Source: Frankiaceae bacterium
GTDB taxonomy: Bacteria; Actinomycetota; Actinomycetes; JAFAQI01
DNA length: 54,195 nucleotides
Direction of reading: 5' to 3'
NCBI GenBank assembly: GCA_030840585.1
Contig: JAVEEG010000254.1
Coordinates: 1-54,195, forward strand
This document shows positions 33,703-42,200 of the stretch, in pieces (within the stretch, counting starts at the first letter, position 1; each line of letters opens with the position of its first letter). Made by a program: the position numbers and the translations under genes. The notes under the pieces were generated by a model. The model did no database searches, had not been told where the DNA came from, and saw only the letters and a list, made by a program, of their open reading frames with translations.

Positions 33703-36642
33703 TTAGCGACTGATCACGAGATTCCATCGGCGGCTGAGCAGCCCGGCACCGACAAGCACCAGGCCGGCGATCGACAGCGCCGCCGAGCCACCGCTGTTCG
33801 CGAGCGACCCACCGCTGCCGCTGGCCGACGGCCCGGACGGCTTCGGCGGCAGCTTCGCGGACGTCCCGCTGGCGGCCAGCGGGTAGACCCAGACACCACG
33901 GCCGTACGTCGCCGCGACGAGGTCCTTGCGATCGGCGGAGAAGTTGATGCCGAACACCCGGACCGTCGGCATCCCGGTACCGAGCTTCTGCCACACCGTG
34001 CTGCCGACCTTCGCGGTGAACACGCCGTAGTCGGTCGCGGCGTAGACCCGGCCGCCGGCCACCTTGATGTCCCACACGTTGCCGCGCGGCAGGTTGCCGG
34101 ACACGTCGGTGACGTGGTCGCCCGCGTCGGTGCTCATCAGCACCCGCGGTGCCGCGGCGCCGCCGAAGTCGACCCGGATGACGCTCGGCGTGATGGTCGC
34201 GATGTAGACGCGCTTCACGTTGGTCGGGTCGGCGGCGACACCGTAGATCTCCCGGGCCGGCATCCCCTTCAACTGCGCGAAGTGCCAGCAGTCAGTGCTG
34301 CCGGTCTTCGCCGTACAGCCGGGCTTGACGTTCGTCGCGAGGGCGCGGTCGAGCGATCCGATCGGCGCCTTCACCGACGACTGGCAGGCGCCACAGGCAC
34401 CGATGTACATGTACGCGCCGTTGACGTCACTGGCTTCGGCGAGCCGGCCGACCCCGTTCGGCGCGGTGCCGAGGTCGAAGACCTGCACCCAGTCACCGGT
34501 GTTGGTGGCGCCGTCGCCACCATCCGTGTCTGCACCCTTCGTCGACTCGTAGACGACCGACGTGGCGAGCACGAGGTGCTTGCTGTCGAACGGATCCATC
34601 GCCGACCCGCCCGGCTCGAACACCGGCTCACCACACGCCGACGTCAGCGGGCAAGGGTCGATCTCGCTCGTCGTCTTGCCGCCGTCGGTCGTGACGTACG
34701 TTGCGCCGTTCGCATTGCAGTAGAAGATGTTCGGGTTGTCCTTGTCGACGCCGACCCAGGTGCCGTCGCCGCCGCAGATCTCGTAGGAGTTGTTGCTGCC
34801 GGGCGGGTAGAAGTTGGTGCCGTTGTCCTGCAGGCCGGCGATGATCTCGCCGTTGCTGCCCTCGACTGCGCGGTACGGCAGCAACTGGTTGAGGTGTGCC
34901 GCCGACGTCCACGCGCCGTTCTGGAACGACGAGCCGGACGCGTGGTCCTGAAGGAACGCGCCGCCGTCGTTGCCGATCCACAACCGCGTCGCGCCGCTGC
35001 CCTTGTCGACCACGGCCACGCCGTGCTGGTCGGGGTGCGTCACCTGACCGCCGTACGGCCCGCCGCCCGGGCAACTCCCCGACGGGACAGCAGGCGTCGT
35101 GACGATGCCGCACGCGGAGACGTACGCGTCGATCGACTCGAACGGCACCGGCTTGAGCACCCCGCCCGTCGGCGGCGTCGTAATCGTCGCGTCGACGAGG
35201 CTCTGGTAGACCTCTTCCTCGCCAATCAGCAGGCGATTTCCGTTGGGATCAAAGGCGATCCAGCCGTTGTACCAAGCCTGGACGCCGGTGTCGTAGCCGA
35301 GCAGGCTGGCCGCGGAGAGCGCTGCCTGGACGCTGCCGGGCGACGCCGTCAGCGACTCCGAGGTCGCGATCTCGTCCCATGTCCCACCGTCGTCGGCCGA
35401 ACGGTAGACACCGTTCAGGCTGGTCGGGTGCGGGATGCCGAGCGGGTCGTACGGGTCGTACGCCGCGGCGAGGCCGGTGGAGCGGTGGCCGGCGTCGGCG
35501 ACGAGCGCGAACAGGTACTTGCCGTCGGGCGAGAACGTGAGCCGGGTCCGGCCGATCGGGTCACTGGAGATGTGACCGTACGGCTGCTCCCAGCCGGTGG
35601 TGGTGCTGGTGACGTTGATGCGGTGGAACGATCCGACCGCGCCGCTCGTGGTCGATGAGTAGAGACCGTTGCCCGGCGCCGCCTTCGACGTCGTGCCGTC
35701 CGGGTGGGTGATGGTCACGTTGCCGGCGACGTAGCCGACCGCGGCGAACACGGTGTAGGCGCCGTTGGATCCCGGCTTGATGACGACGTCCGAGGTCCAC
35801 GATCCGACCGGCGTATCGGTGGCCGGGCCGGTGCCGGCGGCGTTGGTCGGCAGCCGTACGTCGGACCACGTCACCCCGTGGGTGGTGGACCTGAACAGAC
35901 CGCCTGTCGTCGCGGCGAAGACCGTGCCGTCGGGGCCAACCGCTACCTGCTGACCGGCGCCGCGCACCGACGTCGCGGAGGGGTGCCAGGTCGCGCCGCC
36001 GTCATGGGAGTAGTAGGCACCGAGGCCGCCGTACTCGCCGCCGCCCTGGAAGCCCTGGCCGGTGATCGCGTAGACGTTCAAGTGATTGGTCGGGTCGACG
36101 GCCACCGCGGCCACCGGCATCGCCGGGATGCCGGCCGCGGCGGTCCACGACGCGCCGCCGTTGGTGGTCTTGTAGACACCGCCGCCGGTGCCGGCGTAGG
36201 CGACGTCGCCGGTCGTGCTGGTCGGGTCGGTGGCGAGCGCGAGGACGATGCCGGTGGTCGGGAACCGGCCCTCGCTGGTCGCGTAGTTGGGGTCGTTGAG
36301 CAGCTGACCGGTCGGGCCGATCTGGCGCCACGGGTGGGCGTTGGGGGCGAGACCGGCGGCGGCCGCCTTGGCCAGCGCTCCCTGGTCGAACGCGACCGGG
36401 TCGGCGTCCGGCGGCGCGGTGGACAGCGCCATCGCGTCCTTCGCGCCCAGCAACGGCCGGGCCTCGCGGTGGAACACCCGGTCGATCTGCTGCTGATCCT
36501 GCGCTCGCGCGCTCGACCGCGCTGCGCTGGGCGCGGCAGATGGCGCCGCTACCGGTACGGCGGTCGCGGCGCTCGCCACCAGTGCCAGGGCTCCGGTCGT
36601 GATCAGCATGAGGGGCAGTCGTCGTACGGTCACATCAGCCAC
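33703..36642 (-). CDS. cell-wall-anchored Asp-box (BNR) beta-propeller protein, sortilin/GH74-like
   Basis: Repeats include 'TTNGGASW', 'SHDGGATW', 'STTHGVTW', 'SADDGGTW' and 'TTDGGKT'. The C-terminal sorting signal is 'LANSG' (33790-33804) followed by a hydrophobic helix and 'RRW'. The start (GTG 36642 or 36633, just before a signal peptide) is approximate; the track ORF runs to 36726. Confidence 0.85.
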   Translation of the reverse strand: MADVTVRRLPLMLITTGALALVASAATAVPVAAPSAAPSAARSSARAQDQQQIDRVFHREARPLLGAKDAMALSTAPPDADPVAFDQGALAKAAAAGLAPNAHPWRQIGPTGQLLNDPNYATSEGRFPTTGIVLALATDPTSTTGDVAYAGTGGGVYKTTNGGASWTAAAGIPAMPVAAVAVDPTNHLNVYAITGQGFQGGGEYGGLGAYYSHDGGATWHPSATSVRGAGQQVAVGPDGTVFAATTGGLFRSTTHGVTWSDVRLPTNAAGTGPATDTPVGSWTSDVVIKPGSNGAYTVFAAVGYVAGNVTITHPDGTTSKAAPGNGLYSSTTSGAVGSFHRINVTSTTTGWEQPYGHISSDPIGRTRLTFSPDGKYLFALVADAGHRSTGLAAAYDPYDPLGIPHPTSLNGVYRSADDGGTWDEIATSESLTASPGSVQAALSAASLLGYDTGVQAWYNGWIAFDPNGNRLLIGEEEVYQSLVDATITTPPTGGVLKPVPFESIDAYVSACGIVTTPAVPSGSCPGGGPYGGQVTHPDQHGVAVVDKGSGATRLWIGNDGGAFLQDHASGSSFQNGAWTSAAHLNQLLPYRAVEGSNGEIIAGLQDNGTNFYPPGSNNSYEICGGDGTWVGVDKDNPNIFYCNANGATYVTTDGGKTTSEIDPCPLTSACGEPVFEPGGSAMDPFDSKHLVLATSVVYESTKGADTDGGDGATNTGDWVQVFDLGTAPNGVGRLAEASDVNGAYMYIGACGACQSSVKAPIGSLDRALATNVKPGCTAKTGSTDCWHFAQLKGMPAREIYGVAADPTNVKRVYIATITPSVIRVDFGGAAAPRVLMSTDAGDHVTDVSGNLPRGNVWDIKVAGGRVYAATDYGVFTAKVGSTVWQKLGTGMPTVRVFGINFSADRKDLVAATYGRGVWVYPLAASGTSAKLPPKPSGPSASGSGGSLANSGGSAALSIAGLVLVGAGLLSRRWNLVISR

Positions 36643-36796
36643 AAGCCCTACTTCTCCGGCCGCGCTGGGCGACCTGCTTGGCACAATCGCGCGAGATGGA
36701 TCTGACGTCGGAGTAAGAAACGCCACCCCACGCCTGACTCATAACCCCGCGCTGGCAGGTTGCAAACTTCGAACAGCCGAGACCGAGGAGGCCGCG

Positions 36797-37207
36797 ATGC
36801 GGACGCTGCACATCGGTCTACGAGTGCGCGACCTCAACCGGTCGCTCTCGTTCTACACGACCCTCGGTTACGAGCTCGTCGGCGCCGTGCCAGAAACCGA
36901 GTTCGGCAGCCTGACGATGTTGAAGCTCCCCGGCGACGCGTTCGTCAGCATCGAACTCGTCTACGACGCGGCCGCCGGCGCCATCGACGCGCGCGGCCTC
37001 AACCACCTCGTCGTACAGGTTGAGGATCTGCACGCGACGGTCGCTCGCCTCGGCGCAAGCGGCATCGACGCCGAGGCGCCCAGCTCACCCAACGGTTCCG
37101 CAGACTTCTGGACGACCTGGCTCACCGATCCCGACGGCTACCGGATCGAACTGGTGCAATGGCCCGCGGGTCACGCCGACGGGCTCACAGCGGCCGACTT
37201 CCGCTAA
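36797..37207 (+). CDS. VOC/glyoxalase I family protein
   Basis: ATG 36797 follows GAGGAG. 'HIGLRVRDLNRSLSFYTTLGYE' and 'NHLVVQVEDL...DPDGYRIELVQ' are present. Confidence 0.85.
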   Translation: MRTLHIGLRVRDLNRSLSFYTTLGYELVGAVPETEFGSLTMLKLPGDAFVSIELVYDAAAGAIDARGLNHLVVQVEDLHATVARLGASGIDAEAPSSPNGSADFWTTWLTDPDGYRIELVQWPAGHADGLTAADFR

Positions 37208-37235
37208 TCGCGCACGGTGTCCCGCGCTTGCCCGC

Positions 37236-37304
37236 GTGATCATGGCGTTCGCAGCAGATTTCGGCGTGATCATGGCGTTTGCAGCCGTACAACGCCATGA
37301 TCAC
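37236..37304. repeat. three copies of a 14-mer (GTGATCATGGCGTT: two direct, one inverted), forming a perfect 14-bp hairpin between convergent genes
   Basis: Direct copies lie at 37236-37249 and 37266-37279 (the direct match extends to 20 nt with one mismatch). The inverted copy AACGCCATGATCAC is at 37291-37304. The hairpin spans 37266-37304 with an 11-nt loop. Confidence 0.7.
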
Positions 37305-37336
37305 GAAGAGGACGGGGCGTTTCGCCGAACCCACCC

Positions 37337-39133
37337 CTAGTGGCAGGGGTAGTACTCGTACGTCATGTGCGTGCCCCAGGTGAACACGGCGCCGGCTGCG
37401 ATGCTCTGGTAGACGATCTTGTCGGTGTCGGTGATACCCGACGGTCTCGTCGACGTGCACGTCGTGCCGAACGGTCCTAGCGCTTTGATGCTCGGCTTGT
37501 CGGAATCGGTCGGCGCGGACGGCGAACACGTGTTCCCGCAGCCGTACGCGTTGTAGTAGTTCGGCATGTACCGCGTCGTGTCTCGCACCGTCCAGGTGAA
37601 CGAGCGGCTCGCCGTCGCCTTGCCGTCGGAAACCATTGCGGTGAGCCGGAAAACCCGGCTCTTGATGCTCGTGTAGTTCGTGGTGACCGAGGCGGCCGAA
37701 ACGCTGATCGTGCCCGAGATGACACCGGTGCTGCGGTTCAGCGACAACCCGGCCGGTAATGCGCCGGACAACGCGTACGTCAGCGAGTTGTGATCCGCGT
37801 CGGCACCGGCGAGCCGAAGGCTCACCGACTTCCGCTCGTTGGTGGTCTGCGCTGCCACCGCGGTCAACGTCGGCGCGTGGTTGCCCGCGGCCGGCGCAGT
37901 GGATCCGGATGGCACCACCGGAACGCTCGATGACGCGGGTGTCGTTGGCGGGGTCGATGGCGCGTGCTTCGTCGCGGTCGAGCGCGGCGAAGGCTTGTGC
38001 GCGACCGGCGACGTCGACGTTGCGCCAGACGACGGCGACGTACTCGACACCGGAGTGCCTTGCGCCAACTGACGGGCACCGTGATGCCACGGCTGCGCGA
38101 TCGCGACACCGGTTATGGCGGCGATCGCAGCGGCCGCGGTGACGATCGCGACGACGCGCCGGCGTGCATGCGGAGTCGGCCCCGGCTGCGGCGGCAGCAT
38201 CGGCGTGGCCCGGCCGCGGCGTCCGATGACGGTCGCCGGATCCGTCTGTTCCCCATTGGCATCGACCGGGTCGCTTGCCGGCGCGACCACGCCGGCGATC
38301 GCCAGCGCAGGCGCATCCGCACCGGCCGCGCGCAGCGCATCGACCAACTCCGCGCCGAACTCCGCCGCCGAACGCGGCCGGTCCGCCGCGTCCTTCGCCA
38401 GCGCGCGATCGATGACGGCGGCAGCGGACTGCGGTACGCCGAACTCGGCCAGCGACGGTGCCGGCTGCGTCGTGATCCGCGCGATGAGCTCCGGCATCCC
38501 GCCCGGGCCGCTGACAAATGGCGAGTGCCCGGCGATGAGTGTGTAGAGCGTCGACGCTAACGAGTAGACGTCGCTCGACGCGGTCGCCGGCCGGCCACTC
38601 AGGATCTCGGGGGCGGCATGCGAGAGCGTCGCGGCCACGGCCGCGGTCGTCGTCGAACTACCGGTCAGCGTCGCGATGCCGAAGTCGCTGATCTTCGCTT
38701 CGCCGTAGTTGCCGAGCAGCACGTTGTCGGGCTTGACGTCGCGATGGATGACACCGGCACGGTGCGCGGTCTCCAGCGCACCGGAGAGCTGGACACCGAA
38801 CCGGAACGCCTCCTGCCAGCTCGCCGAGCCGATCCGCTCGGCGAGGGTGCCGCCGGTGACGAGTTCCATCACGAAGACCGGCATGCCTGAACTGGTACGG
38901 GCGATCGAGTAGACGTTGACGATGTGCGGGTGCGGCGGCAGCGCGGCGACCGCACGGCGCTCCCGATCGAACCGGCGCTCGGCGTCGTCGTCGAGCCTGG
39001 TCTCGATGACCTTCAACGCGACTCGACGGCCAAAGGCCGGATCGTGCGCGCCGTACACGGTGCCGAAGCCGCCTTGCCCAAGCAGTGTGAGGTCGCGGTA
39101 ACCGAGCCCGACAAGTTCGTCGTAGCTAGCCAC
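37337..39133 (-). CDS. transmembrane Ser/Thr protein kinase with extracellular Ig-like (He_PIG-type) and PASTA-like domains
   Basis: GTG 39133 follows AGAGGA; the track ORF runs to 39205. Kinase motifs: 'LGQGGFGTVY', 'VALKVI', 'HRDVKPDNVLL', 'DFGIA', 'APE'. A TM helix 'VVAIVTAAAAIAAITGVAIA' follows. The ectodomain has 'LPAGLSLNRSTGVISGT' and a C-terminal 'IVYQSIAAGAVFTWGTHMTYEYY'. Confidence 0.9.
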   Translation of the reverse strand: MASYDELVGLGYRDLTLLGQGGFGTVYGAHDPAFGRRVALKVIETRLDDDAERRFDRERRAVAALPPHPHIVNVYSIARTSSGMPVFVMELVTGGTLAERIGSASWQEAFRFGVQLSGALETAHRAGVIHRDVKPDNVLLGNYGEAKISDFGIATLTGSSTTTAAVAATLSHAAPEILSGRPATASSDVYSLASTLYTLIAGHSPFVSGPGGMPELIARITTQPAPSLAEFGVPQSAAAVIDRALAKDAADRPRSAAEFGAELVDALRAAGADAPALAIAGVVAPASDPVDANGEQTDPATVIGRRGRATPMLPPQPGPTPHARRRVVAIVTAAAAIAAITGVAIAQPWHHGARQLAQGTPVSSTSPSSGATSTSPVAHKPSPRSTATKHAPSTPPTTPASSSVPVVPSGSTAPAAGNHAPTLTAVAAQTTNERKSVSLRLAGADADHNSLTYALSGALPAGLSLNRSTGVISGTISVSAASVTTNYTSIKSRVFRLTAMVSDGKATASRSFTWTVRDTTRYMPNYYNAYGCGNTCSPSAPTDSDKPSIKALGPFGTTCTSTRPSGITDTDKIVYQSIAAGAVFTWGTHMTYEYYPCH

Positions 39134-39266
39134 ACCGCATCCTCTCGCGCGGGCACCAACCGTTGCGGGTGCCGGTGAACGCACGATAAGCGGACTCCGG
39201 GACACAAGGAGGGCGAATCGTCGAATTCACGTCCGGTCAGGCGCGGGTAGCGCAGACTTGCCCGCA

Positions 39267-42200
39267 ATGGACCTCTGGATGCGCGTCGAGGCGTCGGACA
39301 CGCCGGCCCGTGATGTCGCCGTCGAGTGCAGCCCGGAGAACACCGTCGAGCAGCTGCTCGGCGCGCTGCGCGAGCATCTGCGGCTCGACCTCGCTACGGC
39401 GGCGATCACGCGCACCGGCGAGCGGCTTTCGCCGCGGGCGACGTTGCAGGACGCGGGGCTGCGATCCGGCGACACCTTGCGACCGCGGGTCACGCCGGTG
39501 CGCGGCGGGCCGGCGCATCGCCTCGTCGTCGCCGGCGGCGTGGACGTGGGGCAGTCAGCCGACCTCGATACGTCGACCGGCGAGGTCACGATCGGCCGGG
39601 GCAACCGCGCCGGCCTTCGGGTCCACGACAGCACCGTCTCGTCGCTGCACGCTCGGCTGCGCCGAACACCTGACGGCTACACCGTCGAAGATCTCGGTTC
39701 GTCCAACGGCACGTTCGTCAACGGCGTCCCGGTTACCGGCGCAGTCGCGGTCGAGGTGGGTGACCTCGTCGAGGTCGGCGACGTCGCGCTGCGGATCGCC
39801 GCGGCACCGATGCCGCCGCCGCCGATCCCGCTGAGCGAGGGCCGGCTGCAGTTCACCCGCGGGCCGCGAGTGAGCCGGGCCAATGCGACGACGGTGTTCG
39901 AAGTGCCGGCGCCGCCGGAAGAGCCGACGAAACGTCGGTTCGCGCTGTCGACCGCGCTGGTCCCGCTGGCGATCGCGCCGGTGATGGCACTGATCACCCA
40001 CCAGATCTCCTACCTCGCGATGGCCGCGCTCTCGCCGCTGATCGCCGTCGCGTCGGTAGTCGAGGATCGGCGGCACGGCAGCAAGGACCACGGCAAGAAG
40101 GTCGATGCGTTCCGCCGCGCGGTCGACTCGGCGAGCACGTCGATGGCCGAGTCGGTACAAGACGAGACCGTGGCGCGCTGGTTGGCCTTTCCGGACCCAG
40201 CCGACATCGTCCGGCGGACCACCGGGCCGGCCGCGGATCTGTGGGAGCGACGGCTCGCCGATCCCGACGCGCTCGCGCTTCGGGTCGGTTGGGGCGACCT
40301 GCCGGCGTCGGCTCGATGGGCGATGCGCGAGGGCGGCGAGCAACAGCTGCGCGACGAGGCCGCTGGAGCACTCGGGCAGCACGGCGTCGTACGTTCCGCA
40401 CCCGCCACGGTCACGTTGAAGACCACGCCGGTCGTCGGCGTGAGCGGATCGACCGACGACGTGGACGAGACCGCTCGGTGGCTGGTCGCGCAGGCCGCCG
40501 CACTGCACAGCCCGCGCGAACTGAGCGTCGTCGTCGCGGTCGGCGATGCGCGCGCGGACGCGTGGGAGTGGGCAGCGTGGCTGCCGCACTGCCGCGAAGC
40601 CGACGCGCCGGAGGGCTCGATGGCGACCGTCGCTGTCGGCGGTGCGGAAGCAATCGCCGCGGTCGGCGCGCTCAATGACCTTGTGTCGCAACGGATCCGG
40701 CAGCGCGATGACCGGTCGGCGGCTAAGGCTCCGTCCGCCGCCGTGCTCGCGGTGATCGATCACCGGGCCGGTGTGCCGGCACCGCTGGTCACCGATCTGC
40801 TCGAACGCGGCCCCGGTGCCGGCGTGCATGTCATCTGGCTCGGCGAGTCACGTACGTCGTTGCCGGGCGAGACCTCCGCGATCGTCGACATCCGCGAGCG
40901 GACCGTGTCGGTGACGACCGTCGCCGGCGGCGCCGGTGTCAGCGAGGCGATGCGCGACCGCTGCCCGCCGGAGCTCGCCGCGGACGTCGCTCGCGCACTC
41001 GCCGGTGTCCGCGACGCGTCGGCGCGCAACGCGGTGCGCGGTGACCTGCCAGCCGCGGTCTCGCTGTCGACGGTGCTCGGTGGCATCGACGTCGACCGCA
41101 TCGTTACGGCGTGGACCCGCGACCACCGCAAGCTCGATGCGCCGCTCGGTCTTGGCGAGCACGGCGTCTTCTCCGTCGACCTGCGCCACGACGGGCCGCA
41201 CGGCCTACTCGGCGGTACGACGGGCGCCGGCAAGTCGGAGTTGCTGCAAACGTTGATCGCGTCATTGGCGGCGCGGCACCCACCGACCCGGCTGACGTTC
41301 CTGCTGGTCGACTACAAGGGTGGTGCGGCGTTCAAGGACTGCGTGCATCTCCCGCACGTCGTCGGCTTCGTTACCGACCTCGGCGGCGCGCTGGTGAACC
41401 GCGCGCTGGTGTCGCTCGGTGCCGAGGTACACCGGCGCGAACGGCTGCTCGCCGAGGCCGGCGCGAAGGACCTGCTCGACATGGAACGCATCGCGCCCGA
41501 CCGCGCGCCGGCCAGCCTGCTGGTCGTGGTCGACGAGTTCGCGACCCTCGCGAAGGAACTGCCGGAGTTCGTCGACGGTGTCGTCAACATCGCGCAGCGC
41601 GGACGCTCGCTCGGCGTACATCTGATCCTCGCCACCCAGCGGCCCGCGGGTGTCGTCAACGACAACATCCGGGCGAACACGAACATGCGGATCGCGTTGC
41701 GGATGAACGACGAAACCGACTCACGTGACGTCGTCGGCGTACCCGATGCGGCCCGGTTGCCGCGCAGCATTCCCGGCCGGGCTTACGTGCGCACCGGTGC
41801 CGGCGAGCTCGCGCTCGTGCAGGTCGCCTTTGCCGGCGCGACCGATGCACCCAGTGCCGAAGCCAGCACGATCGTCGTCGCCGACATCGAGCGCGGCCGG
41901 GTGGTCCATCGGGACCGCACCATCACTACCGCGGCGCCGGCGGCGTCTGGCAGCACCGATCTCGAACGTGTCGTCGCCGCGAGTGTGGCCGGCGCGGACA
42001 AGCTGGCGCTGCCGGCACCAGTGACGCCGTGGCTGCCGCCATTGCCGGATCTGGTCCGGCTCGACGACCTCGACGGCGCGGGGATCGGTCTCGTCGACGT
42101 ACCCGCGCAGCAGCGGCAGGTGCCGTACGCCGTCAACCTGCAAACCGACGGAAACCTGTTGGTACTCGGTGCTTCCGGCGCCGGCAAGACCACGTTGCTG

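Noticed and set aside
34114-36705. ORFs 34114..35658(+) and 35704..36705(+)
   Set aside because: Both are antisense to the wall-anchored Asp-box protein and give Arg/Gly-rich shadow translations.
39206-39227. Strong SD-like AAGGAGGG (39206-39213) in the kinase/ATPase spacer, with an in-frame ATT at 39225
   Set aside because: No canonical start codon follows at a suitable distance. ATT initiation is very rare, and the Ubl-like domain begins sensibly at the ATG 39267/39279 starts. It is probably leader or promoter sequence, and it does not serve the longer kinase ORF start on the other strand.
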